Position numbers and translations under genes: made by a program. A DNA stretch of 64,000 nucleotides. Source: Vicinamibacterales bacterium. GTDB taxonomy: Bacteria; Acidobacteriota; Vicinamibacteria; Vicinamibacterales; UBA8438. How positions within the stretch are numbered: the first letter of the stretch is position 1; every line of letters starts with the position of its first letter. The stretch is from the NCBI GenBank assembly GCA_029940535.1, contig JAPYUM010000001.1, forward strand, positions 3,480 through 67,479, read 5' to 3'. Below the pieces are notes generated by a model that was not told the origin of the DNA, did not search any database, and was given only the letters and a program-made list of their open reading frames with translations. Shown here piece after piece: positions 21,791 through 30,459 of the stretch.

Positions 21791-21916
21791 GTTTCCTGCC
21801 GAGGTGCCCGCCTGGACGGCGTTGCTTTCTCGGTCACCCCCGCCCGGCCGGGCGGGGCAGCCGCCTGCATGTTCCCTCGTCGCGCCTTGCCAGACGAACA
21901 CCTCGCCCGGAAACCC
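21788..21916. repeat. Palindromic REP/MITE-like element, full copy A (carries an extra GC-hairpin insert)
   Basis: Begins at the TAG stop of the preceding gene. Arms are ggtttcctgccgaggtg and cacctcgcccggaaacc. The core gccgcctgcatg.tccctcgtcgcgccttgcc is shared with copies B and C. Confidence 0.8.
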
Positions 21917-22110
21917 CTCTTGGATTAGGTCCGTCCCGTCTTGGCGCGGATTGTCGCGCGTCTAGGGCAGAAACCGTGGTAACGGCTTTGTCGTGTCGTC
22001 GTTCGTAGCCGCGGGTCTTCAGACCCGCCGGGATCCTGACGAAATCCTCTGATCTTCCTGTGCGGTGACGCGTCTGTCGGCAAAAATACGGTCAAGTAAC
22101 ACCACGTTTG

Positions 22111-22215
22111 TCCGATATAGATATTGTAAGTTATTTAATTTCATCTATTTAAATGCTCTTGACATGATTTGTCACTAATTATTGACATTTTACGTCAGAT
22201 ATGCACAATAATTGT
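22111..22215 (+). promoter_or_regulatory. AT-rich promoter/UP region upstream of pilB with two TTGACA boxes
   Basis: About 26% GC over 100 bp (hand count) in a roughly 66% GC background. TTGACA occurs at 22159-22164 and 22182-22187, with ATAAT-like sequence at 22207-22213. Confidence 0.45.
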
Positions 22216-22278
22216 CTGTGCCCAGACGGGCTCGGAACACGAACCAGTCAGTCAACCGCCAGCACGTAATCTCCAGCC

Positions 22279-24045
22279 ATGGCTGTCCGAATCGGTGAGT
22301 TGCTCCTGAAAGAGGAATGCATCACAGCACTCCAGCTCCAGGAGGCGCTGGACCGTCAGGAGGAGCATGGGGGGAAGCTCGGGTTCAACCTGGCACAGCT
22401 CGGGTTCGTGGAAGACGACGAGATCGCATCCGTCCTCAGCAAGCAATACGGCGTTCCCTCGATCAATCTGACCCAGTTCGACATCGATGCCAGCGTCATC
22501 CAGCTGGTGCCTGCGGCGACCGCTCGGAAATACGAGATCGTGCCGGTGAGTCGCGATGGAGCCACGCTCACCATCGCGATGTCTGACCCGACCAACGTGT
22601 TCGCGGTCGACGACATCAAGTTCATGACCGGCTATCAGGTAGAGCCGGTGGTCGCCGCGCAGACGGCGCTCGTGGCGGCGATCGAGCGCTACTACGCTAG
22701 CGACAACGGGAGCAGTGACGGAACCAGCAGCGACGACATCGAGCACGGCGAGATCCAGCTTGCGTTGGCGTCCCAGGCGCTCGAGGAATTGTCGGTTGTC
22801 GACGGCGACGACCTCGAAGTGCTCGGAGAGGCGGACGACCTCGATGTCGTCACGCTCGAGCGGCAGGGCGGTGAGGCGCCGGTCGTCCGCCTGGTGAACG
22901 TGGTGCTCGCATCCGCCATTCAGAAGGGCGCCAGTGATATTCACATCGAGCCCTACGAGAAGGAGTATCGGGTCCGATACCGCATCGACGGCACGCTGTA
23001 TACGGTGATGTCGCCGCCGCTTAAGTTCCGGGATGCCATTACGTCGCGCTTGAAGATAATGGCCAAGCTCGACATCGCTGAGAAGCGTTTGCCCCAGGAC
23101 GGACGGATCAAGCTGCGTCTCAGCGTGGAGGGTGGCGCCAAGGAGATCGACTTCCGGGTGTCCTGCCTGCCGACGCTGTTCGGCGAGAAGATCGTCATGC
23201 GACTGCTCGACCGGAGCAAGCTGATGCTCGACATGACCAAACTCGGCTTCGAGTCGCACTCGCTCTCCCGATTCGAAGACGCGATCAGCAGGCCGTGGGG
23301 TCTGGTGCTTGTGACTGGACCCACCGGCAGCGGCAAGACGAATACGCTTTACTCGGCCATCTCCAAGATCAATATCTCCGGCACGAACATCATGACTGCG
23401 GAAGACCCGGTCGAGTTCAACCTGACCGGGGTGAACCAGGTACAGATGCGGGAGAACATCGGCCTGAACTTCGCCGCGGCGCTCCGGTCGTTTCTTCGCC
23501 AGGATCCCAACATCATTCTCGTCGGTGAGATTCGAGACTTCGAAACCGCAGAGATTGCGGTGAAGGCCGCGTTGACCGGGCACCTCGTGCTGTCAACCCT
23601 CCACACCAACGACGCACCGAGCACGGTCAACCGCCTGATGAACATGGGGATCGAGCCGTTTCTCGTAGCCAGCGCGGTCAATCTGATCTGCGCGCAACGA
23701 CTGGTGCGGCGGGTGTGCGAAGACTGCGCGGAGGAGCACCCCATGCCGGCCCCAGCCCTCGAGGAAATCGGGTTCGACGCCGAGCAGGCGGCCACCGTGG
23801 TCCCTCGGAAGGGTGCGGGGTGTGAGCGGTGCCGCGAGACTGGCTACAAGGGGCGCGTCGGTCTCTACGAGGTGCTCCAGGTGACGGACGATCTCAGAGA
23901 AATGATTTTGAGGGGTTCGTCGACGCTCGATATTCGGCGGAAAGCGATCGAGGACGGGATGCTGACGTTGCGCGCCAGCGGACTACACAAGATTGCCGCC
24001 GGTCAGACCAGTATCGAGGAAGTCTTAAAAGAGACGGTGAGGTAG
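22279..24045 (+). CDS. pilB: Type IV pilus assembly ATPase PilB
   Basis: 588 aa with a GspE-N-like N-terminus, Walker A GPTGSGKT, and tetracysteine CEDC...CERC. Confidence 0.93.
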   Translation: MAVRIGELLLKEECITALQLQEALDRQEEHGGKLGFNLAQLGFVEDDEIASVLSKQYGVPSINLTQFDIDASVIQLVPAATARKYEIVPVSRDGATLTIAMSDPTNVFAVDDIKFMTGYQVEPVVAAQTALVAAIERYYASDNGSSDGTSSDDIEHGEIQLALASQALEELSVVDGDDLEVLGEADDLDVVTLERQGGEAPVVRLVNVVLASAIQKGASDIHIEPYEKEYRVRYRIDGTLYTVMSPPLKFRDAITSRLKIMAKLDIAEKRLPQDGRIKLRLSVEGGAKEIDFRVSCLPTLFGEKIVMRLLDRSKLMLDMTKLGFESHSLSRFEDAISRPWGLVLVTGPTGSGKTNTLYSAISKINISGTNIMTAEDPVEFNLTGVNQVQMRENIGLNFAAALRSFLRQDPNIILVGEIRDFETAEIAVKAALTGHLVLSTLHTNDAPSTVNRLMNMGIEPFLVASAVNLICAQRLVRRVCEDCAEEHPMPAPALEEIGFDAEQAATVVPRKGAGCERCRETGYKGRVGLYEVLQVTDDLREMILRGSSTLDIRRKAIEDGMLTLRASGLHKIAAGQTSIEEVLKETVR

Positions 24046-24048
24046 ACC

Positions 24049-25176
24049 ATGCCCACGCTGCCTGAGTTGCTGATGTCGACCGTGGAGCTCGATGCCTCCG
24101 ACCTGCACATCACGACGAATTCGGCGCCGCAAGTGCGCGTTGACGGCCTCCTGCGCCCGCTCGACCTGCCCCAGTTGGGTGCGGCGGAGACGAAGCAGCT
24201 TGTGTATAGCGTCCTCACGGATCGGCAGAAGAAGCAGTTCGAAGAGACTCACGAACTCGATTTCTCGTTCGGCATCCGGGGTATCGCCAGATTTCGATGC
24301 AACGTGTTCAGTCAGCGGCGTGCGGTGGCGGCGGTGTACCGGGTTATTCCCGATGTGATTCGTAGCGTGCGGGAACTGGGGCTTCCGCCGATCATCGAGC
24401 GGCTGGCCGAGCGCCCGCGAGGGCTGGTGCTGGTGACCGGGCCCACCGGCAGTGGGAAAAGCACGACCCTCGCCGCGTTGATCGACAAAATCAACGAGCA
24501 GCGCCACGCGCACATCCTGACCATCGAAGACCCGATCGAGTATCTCCATACCCACAAGAACTGTCTCGTGAACCAACGCGAGGTGCACAGTGATACCGAG
24601 AGTTTCGGACCGGCGCTGCGGGCTGCGCTGCGTGAAGACCCGGATGTGGTGCTGATCGGCGAGCTCCGGGACTTGGAGACGATCGAGGCGGCGCTGCGGA
24701 TCGCGGAGACCGGTCACCTGACGTTTGCGACCGCGCACACCAACTCGGCATATCAGACCATCAACCGGATTGTCGACGTGTTTCCGGACAGCCAGCAAGC
24801 GCAGGTGCGGACGCAGCTCTCACTCGTACTCGAAGGCATCATGAGCCAGACGCTGTTACCCCGGTTGTCTGGCGTGGGTCGGGTGGTGGCGACCGAGGTC
24901 CTGGTGCCGAACGTTGCGATTCGTAATCTGATCCGTGAAGACAAGGTGCATCAGCTGTATTCGGTCATGCAGACGGGCCAGGCCAAACTGGGCATGCAGA
25001 CGATGAACCAGTCGTTGGCCACGCTTGTGAAGACCCGCCAGGTCTCGCTGGACACGGCGATCAGCTTCTCGTCCATGCCGGACGAGCTGCGAGAGATCAT
25101 CGCGCGGGGCGCGGGGGCGGTTGCTCGAGCCGGGATGCAGCGTCCCGACCGCCGGCCGCCGTTACTGCGACACTAG
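24049..25176 (+). CDS. pilT: Twitching-motility retraction ATPase PilT
   Basis: 375 aa with GPTGSGKST and the PilT signature AIRNLIRE. Confidence 0.93.
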   Translation: MPTLPELLMSTVELDASDLHITTNSAPQVRVDGLLRPLDLPQLGAAETKQLVYSVLTDRQKKQFEETHELDFSFGIRGIARFRCNVFSQRRAVAAVYRVIPDVIRSVRELGLPPIIERLAERPRGLVLVTGPTGSGKSTTLAALIDKINEQRHAHILTIEDPIEYLHTHKNCLVNQREVHSDTESFGPALRAALREDPDVVLIGELRDLETIEAALRIAETGHLTFATAHTNSAYQTINRIVDVFPDSQQAQVRTQLSLVLEGIMSQTLLPRLSGVGRVVATEVLVPNVAIRNLIREDKVHQLYSVMQTGQAKLGMQTMNQSLATLVKTRQVSLDTAISFSSMPDELREIIARGAGAVARAGMQRPDRRPPLLRH

Positions 25177-25197
25177 AACACGAAGAAAGGTACCAGC

Positions 25198-26412
25198 ATG
25201 CCTACTTTCGCCTACTCCGGGCGAACACGAGCCGGTCAGTCGGTCAGTGGCCAGCGCGTCGCCGATACCATCGACGCCGCTCGGGCGGCTCTACGCCGCG
25301 AACAGGTGTTTGTCACAAAGATCGACGCCCTCAAGGGACGCGCACGCGCCGCCAAGAAGGCGCGCCGTGGCAAGTCGGTGCCGTCAAAGAACCTGGCCGT
25401 TTTCACCCGGCAGTTCTCCGTCATGATCGACGCTGGACTTCCCCTGGTGCAGTGTCTCGATATCCTCGGCAAGCAGGAGGAGCACAAGGGTTTCAGCGAG
25501 ATCATCTTGCAGACTCGCGCCGATGTCGAAGGCGGCTCCGGTCTGGCCGACGCCATGCGCAAGCACCCGGGGGCGTTCGACCCGCTCTACGCTAACATGA
25601 TGGCGGCCGGCGAGGCGGGCGGCATTCTCGACATCATTCTGAAGCGGCTCGCGACGTACATCGAGAAGAACGTCAAGCTCAAATCGCAGGTCAAGGCCGC
25701 GATGACGTATCCGGTGGCCGTGCTGTCCATCGCCGCCATCGTCGTCGGTGCCATCTTGTGGAAGGTCATTCCCACGTTCGCGAACTTGTTCGCCGGGTTG
25801 GGCGCGACGTTGCCGATGCCGACCCGCGTCGTCATCTGGCTCAGTAACTCGCTCGTGTCGTTCATGCCGTTCGTCATTCTAGGCGGCGTGGGCGTGACCT
25901 TCGCGTTTCGCCAGTTCTACGCAACTGAGCGAGGGCGTCGCACCGTCGACGGTGCATTGCTCAAGATGCCAGTGCTGGGCGGAATCCTTCGAAAGGTATC
26001 AGTCGCCCGCTTCTGTCGGACGCTCGCCACATTGATCGGTTCCGGCGTGCCGATTCTCGAGGGGCTGGAAATTACCGCGAAAACCGCCGGCAACGCGATC
26101 ATCGAAGACGCGGTGATGGTGACCCGCGCGGCGATCGAGCGCGGGGAAACGGTGTCCGGGCCGTTACGCGAGACCAAGGTCTTTCCGCCGATGGTCACCC
26201 AGATGATCAATGTCGGTGAGGCGACCGGCGCGCTCGACACCATGTTGAGCAAGATCGCCGACTTCTACGAGGAGGAGGTAGATACCGCAGTGGCGGGGAT
26301 GCTGACGCTGATGGAGCCGATCATGATTGCGTTCCTGGGCGTCGTCGTCGGCGGCATCGTCATCGCGATGTATCTGCCCATCTTCGACCTGATCAGCCGG
26401 ATGTCCGGCTGA
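25198..26412 (+). CDS. pilC: Type IV pilus platform protein PilC
   Basis: 404 aa with a duplicated GspF-like domain and TM segments. Confidence 0.93.
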   Translation: MPTFAYSGRTRAGQSVSGQRVADTIDAARAALRREQVFVTKIDALKGRARAAKKARRGKSVPSKNLAVFTRQFSVMIDAGLPLVQCLDILGKQEEHKGFSEIILQTRADVEGGSGLADAMRKHPGAFDPLYANMMAAGEAGGILDIILKRLATYIEKNVKLKSQVKAAMTYPVAVLSIAAIVVGAILWKVIPTFANLFAGLGATLPMPTRVVIWLSNSLVSFMPFVILGGVGVTFAFRQFYATERGRRTVDGALLKMPVLGGILRKVSVARFCRTLATLIGSGVPILEGLEITAKTAGNAIIEDAVMVTRAAIERGETVSGPLRETKVFPPMVTQMINVGEATGALDTMLSKIADFYEEEVDTAVAGMLTLMEPIMIAFLGVVVGGIVIAMYLPIFDLISRMSG

Positions 26413-26433
26413 CGACCGACGAGACCGGCGAGA

Positions 26434-28110
26434 GTGATGACCAGCGAGTCAACCGCGCTTCGACGAAAACTGCTCTGGCTCATCGGAGTCCGGTTTGTGA
26501 CGATCACGATCCTGCTGGGCTCTGGGATCCTGGTGCAGTTGCGCACCCCCGGCCTCTGGCCTGTCGGGCCGTTCTTCTTTCTGGTCGGTCTCAGCTACAC
26601 GTTCACCGTCGCGTTCTTGATGACACTGTCGCAGGTCGAGCAGCGGCGGTGGCTGATCGATGTGCAGCTGGGGACGGACGCGGTGGTGATCTCCGCCGCT
26701 GTGCTCCTGACCGGCGGTGTGACGAGCTACTTCTCGACGCTGTACGCGTTGCCGATCATCGGTGCCAGTATGCTGCAGTTCCGTCGGGGTGGGCTGTTGG
26801 TCGGGTCGTTGAGCGCGCTGTTGTACACCGGGGTCGTCCTCGGCCAGTATCATGGGGCGTTCGGTGTGCTCGAATCGCAGTGGCCCGCGATTGCCCAGCA
26901 GCCGCGACCGGCGGCGACACTCGCCTTCTATATGGGGGGTCTCGATGTGTTCGGGTTTCTGGCCGTGGCGGCGTTTAGCGGCTACCTCGCCGAGCGGCTG
27001 CGGAGCGCCGACGCCAGACTGGCGCGGGCCTCGACCGAGATCGCCGACCTGCAGGCGTTCAACCAGCATGTCATCGAGAGCCTGACCAGCGGTCTCGCCA
27101 CGACCGATCGGGACGGCCGGATTCTGACGTTCAACGGCGCCGCGGAGCGGATTACGGGTTACGCCGTTGCGGACGTAATCGGTCGCCGCATTTTTGATCT
27201 CCTCTGTCTCCCATCGACCTTCGAGGGCGTGCTCGCCAATACGGTCAAGGGCAGCCGGCCGTTGGACCTGCCCGTCGCCCGGGCGGACGGACGCAAGATC
27301 GATCTCGGACTCAACGCGGCGCCGCTCAACACACCGGGGGGGCGGGCCGGTTTCCTGTTTGTGTTTCAGGACGTGACCGAAACCAAACGGTTGCAACGCA
27401 AGTCGAGCGTCGAGCAACGGCTCGCGGCCGTCGGCGAGATGGCGGCCGGTATCGCGCATGAAGTACGGAATCCGTTGGCGTCGATGTCGGGATCCATCCA
27501 GATTTTGCGCCAAGAGCTACCACTGAACGCCGAGCAGGGCCAACTCATGGATATCGTGTTGCGGGAGTCGGAGCGGCTCAACGAGACCATCAAGTCGTTT
27601 CTGGCCTACGCCCGGCCCCCGCGCGTTTCCACCAAGCGCTTCGATCTCCGCCAGGTGGTCAATGACACGGCTCTGCTCCTGCAGCACAGCCCCGAGTCGG
27701 GTGATGGGCATCACATCGAGATCGACGTGCCGGCGGGCCCGGTCTGGTTCGAAGCAGACGAGGGCCAGATTCGCCAGGTCGTCTGGGATCTTGCCACCAA
27801 CGGCATCCGAGCGATGCCCGACGGGGGCAATCTGGTGGTGGGCGTGCACCTCGAGGAACCGTCTTTGGTGGCGCTCCGCGTGCGCGACGACGGGGTCGGC
27901 ATCCCGGCCGACGAATTGGACAGCATGATGCAGCCGTTCCACGGGACATTCACGCAAGGGACCGGGTTGGGGCTCGCGATCGTGCATCGAATCGTGAGCG
28001 ACCACGGCGGCGACCTCCAAGTGACCTCGGCTCCCGGAGCCGGCACGACAGTCTGCGTGCGGTTACCGGTGTCCACCACGGCCCACCCATCACACAAGCA
28101 AGTGGGGTGA
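26434..28110 (+). CDS. pilS: PilS-like sensor histidine kinase
   Basis: 558 aa with about 6 N-terminal TM helices, a PAS region, H-box AHEVRNPLAS, and N/G boxes (DLATNGIRAM, GTGLGLAIV). Confidence 0.8.
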   Translation: MMTSESTALRRKLLWLIGVRFVTITILLGSGILVQLRTPGLWPVGPFFFLVGLSYTFTVAFLMTLSQVEQRRWLIDVQLGTDAVVISAAVLLTGGVTSYFSTLYALPIIGASMLQFRRGGLLVGSLSALLYTGVVLGQYHGAFGVLESQWPAIAQQPRPAATLAFYMGGLDVFGFLAVAAFSGYLAERLRSADARLARASTEIADLQAFNQHVIESLTSGLATTDRDGRILTFNGAAERITGYAVADVIGRRIFDLLCLPSTFEGVLANTVKGSRPLDLPVARADGRKIDLGLNAAPLNTPGGRAGFLFVFQDVTETKRLQRKSSVEQRLAAVGEMAAGIAHEVRNPLASMSGSIQILRQELPLNAEQGQLMDIVLRESERLNETIKSFLAYARPPRVSTKRFDLRQVVNDTALLLQHSPESGDGHHIEIDVPAGPVWFEADEGQIRQVVWDLATNGIRAMPDGGNLVVGVHLEEPSLVALRVRDDGVGIPADELDSMMQPFHGTFTQGTGLGLAIVHRIVSDHGGDLQVTSAPGAGTTVCVRLPVSTTAHPSHKQVG

Positions 28111-28124
28111 CATAGGGATTTGCG

Positions 28125-29534
28125 ATGGCGACCAACATGACCACCACCGAAGTGACCACAGCGACGGGAAGCATTCTCGTCGTGGACGACGAGCGTTCGA
28201 TGCGCGAGATGCTGTCGATCATGTTGAAGAAGGAAGGCCACGACGTGGTCGTGGCCGACTGTGGCAAGGCCGCGGTCGAGATTTTGCGACGTCGGCCGGT
28301 CGATCTACTGATCTCGGATATCAAGATGCCGGGCATGAGCGGTGTCGATGTCCTGCGGGCGGCAAAAGAGATTGACGACGCCATCGTCGGCATCATGATC
28401 ACCGCGTTCAAATCGACGGACTCGGCGGTCGAGGCGTTGCGGCTCGGTGCGCACGATTACATCGATAAGCCATTCGACATCGACAAGCTCAAGGCCGCCA
28501 TCAGCGGCGCGTTCGAGCAGCGGCGCCTGCGTGAGTGCAACATCGTCGGCGACAGCTGGCAGATGCAGCGCATGAAGGAACGCATCAAGCGTGTGGCTCC
28601 GACGAACAGCACCGTCCTCATCACCGGAGAGTCTGGCACGGGCAAAGAACTGGTGGCGCGAGCGATTCACAGCCACTCCAAGCGAGCGGCCCGGCCGTTC
28701 GTGCCGCTCAATTGTGGCGCGTTGCCGGAGATGCTGCTCGAGTCGGAGCTGTTCGGACACGAGAAAGGGGCCTTCGCCAGCGCCGATGCCACGAAGAAAG
28801 GGTTGGTCGAGGCCGCGGAGCGGGGCACGATTTTTCTCGACGAGATCGGCGAGATGAGTCCGATGATGCAGGTGAAGCTGCTGCGGTTCTTGCAGGAGCG
28901 TCGCTTTCGTCGCGTCGGCGGGACAGAGGAGCAGGATGCCGACGTCCGCGTGATCGCGGCGACCAATCAGCACCTGGCGAAGATGGTCGAGAGCGGCGAC
29001 TTCCGTCGTGACCTGTTCTATCGCGTCAACGTCATCAAGCTGGAGGTGCCACCGCTCAGGGAGCGCAAGAGCGACATCCTGTCATTGGCCAAGCACTTTG
29101 TGGCGAAGTTCAACCGGCAGATGGGCAAGGAGCTCGGTGGTGTGTCGACGAGCGCCGAGCGGGCGTTGGAGACGTACGCCTGGCCCGGCAACGTGCGTGA
29201 GCTCGAGAACGTCATCGAGCGAGCCGTGGCACTCGAAGACGCCGAGACGGTGCAGGCAGAGAGCCTGGACCTCGGGGACATTCCGGGCCAGGACCGACGA
29301 TTCGCCCCACACGCTCCGCCGGATGTGGTGGTCGGTGGTCAGCGACCAGTGGATGGCCCGGAACCGCTACCGGAGTCCGGGTTTGTCCTCGAACAGCACG
29401 TACAGGGGATCGAGCGCGAGTACCTGGCTCAGGCCCTGCAGCAGGCGGGCGGTGTGAAGGTTCGGGCCGCCGGGCTGCTCGGAATGAGCTTCAGATCGTT
29501 TCGCTACTACTTGAAGAAATATCACCTCGGGTGA
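28125..29534 (+). CDS. pilR: PilR-like sigma-54-dependent response regulator (GAFASA variant loop)
   Basis: Receiver domain (DLLISDIKMPGMSG), AAA+ domain (GESGTGKE), and Fis-type HTH (RAAGLLGMSFRSFRYYLKKY). Confidence 0.88.
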   Translation: MATNMTTTEVTTATGSILVVDDERSMREMLSIMLKKEGHDVVVADCGKAAVEILRRRPVDLLISDIKMPGMSGVDVLRAAKEIDDAIVGIMITAFKSTDSAVEALRLGAHDYIDKPFDIDKLKAAISGAFEQRRLRECNIVGDSWQMQRMKERIKRVAPTNSTVLITGESGTGKELVARAIHSHSKRAARPFVPLNCGALPEMLLESELFGHEKGAFASADATKKGLVEAAERGTIFLDEIGEMSPMMQVKLLRFLQERRFRRVGGTEEQDADVRVIAATNQHLAKMVESGDFRRDLFYRVNVIKLEVPPLRERKSDILSLAKHFVAKFNRQMGKELGGVSTSAERALETYAWPGNVRELENVIERAVALEDAETVQAESLDLGDIPGQDRRFAPHAPPDVVVGGQRPVDGPEPLPESGFVLEQHVQGIEREYLAQALQQAGGVKVRAAGLLGMSFRSFRYYLKKYHLG

Positions 29535-29542
29535 CGTCTCGT

Positions 29543-29612
29543 TGCTGTCATTTTTTGTCAATGATAATATTTGTCTTGTGAAGCGACAGTGCATTCGTGT
29601 ACGCGTCTGTCG
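29543..29612 (+). promoter_or_regulatory. Cluster of TGTC-containing motifs (candidate PilR upstream activating sites)
   Basis: CTGTCA 29545, TTGTCA 29555, TTGTCT 29571, GACAG 29585 and CTGTC 29607, in an AT-rich stretch 60-125 bp upstream of the sigma-54 motif. Confidence 0.35.
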
Positions 29613-29668
29613 ATCGCACGCCCGTTTTTAGGGCCTCGCCTGCCATTTTCCGGGCGTTGACCCGATCG

Positions 29669-29684
29669 TGGATCTGCATTTGCA
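29669..29684 (+). promoter_or_regulatory. Sigma-54 (-24/-12) promoter of pilA
   Basis: TGGATCTGCATTTGCA matches TGGCAC-N5-TTGCW in GG/GC spacing and in 9 of 11 specified positions. It lies about 113 nt upstream of the pilA ATG. Confidence 0.55.
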
Positions 29685-29796
29685 GGTGTACATGCTTTTT
29701 ACGCTGGAGCATGAAATCCACTTGCCGGTGTAGGGTCTGTCGCCTCTGCAGATCGCTCCCGGAACTGACGATAACGTAGAGGGAGGGATAGTGCCC

Positions 29797-30324
29797 ATGA
29801 CCGCCAGAGACAAAAGGGGCTTCACACTCATTGAATTGCTGATCGTCGTGGCGATCATCGGCATCATCGCGGCGATCGCCGTGCCGGGTCTGCTCAGAGC
29901 CCGCATGGCCGGGAACGAAGCCTCGGCCATCGGGTCGCTCCGTGCCATCAACAGCGCACAGTCGACATACGCCGCTAGCTGCGGCTACGGATTCTATTCA
30001 CCGTCGCTCGTATCGCTCGGCACGCCGCCGACGGTGGCCGGCGGTGATGGGTTCATCGGGACGGACTTGAGCACCGATCCGTCAAACAAGAGCAGCTACA
30101 CCCTGGCGCTCACCCCCGGTGCGGTGGCGGCCGGGTCGGCCCCGTCGTGCAATGGCGTGGCGGCTGGCGCCAGCGTGTCGACGTACTATGTGGGCGCATC
30201 ACCGCTGGCGGGAGGCGGGGTCCGATTCTTCGGCACGAACCAGGGAGGGACGATCTACCAGTCCTTCGCAACGGTTCCGGTTGCGCAGAACGGCGCCCCG
30301 GCCGGCGTGTCGCCGATACAGTAA
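29797..30324 (+). CDS. pilA: Type IVa major pilin PilA
   Basis: RBS GAGGGAGGG precedes ATG 29797. Class III signal MTARDKRG/FTLIELLIVVAIIG with Glu+5. Two Cys in the globular part. Confidence 0.88.
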   Translation: MTARDKRGFTLIELLIVVAIIGIIAAIAVPGLLRARMAGNEASAIGSLRAINSAQSTYAASCGYGFYSPSLVSLGTPPTVAGGDGFIGTDLSTDPSNKSSYTLALTPGAVAAGSAPSCNGVAAGASVSTYYVGASPLAGGGVRFFGTNQGGTIYQSFATVPVAQNGAPAGVSPIQ

Positions 30325-30330
30325 TGGTGC

Positions 30331-30372
30331 CCCGACGCGCCCGGCCGTCGGAGTGCCGGTGTCATCGACCGG
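30331..30372 (+). terminator. Two tandem GC hairpins after pilA (possible terminator/attenuator, no U tract)
   Basis: ccgacg-N8-cgtcgg at 30331-30350 and gccggt-N7-accggc at 30354-30372. Confidence 0.25.
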
Positions 30373-30459
30373 CGACGACGCGATGTTGGCGCGCCGCCAG
30401 GGTTCTGCTTCACCCAGCGCGACGCGGTACCCGGACCGTCCGACAAAGGAGTTGATTCC

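Noticed and set aside
21791-21916. Translational read-through of TAG into the repeat element
   Set aside because: The post-stop frames differ between copies (TTTCC versus TTTTCC and other indels) and give unrelated peptides ending at different stops.
21735-21965. Small ORFs sharing peptide FSDEAPAWTAL-like sequences (also within 36479-36979 and 41616-41972)
   Set aside because: The similarity is a by-product of the REP/MITE-like DNA repeat. Copies differ by frame-shifting indels, so no conserved reading frame exists.
22252-23583. 443-aa minus-strand ORF
   Set aside because: Antisense to pilB, with no recognisable motifs. It is a high-GC shadow ORF. The same reasoning applies to 40343-41761 (antisense proS), 38965-40227 (antisense aroB), 56390-58048 (antisense ggt) and 61678-63123 (antisense metH).
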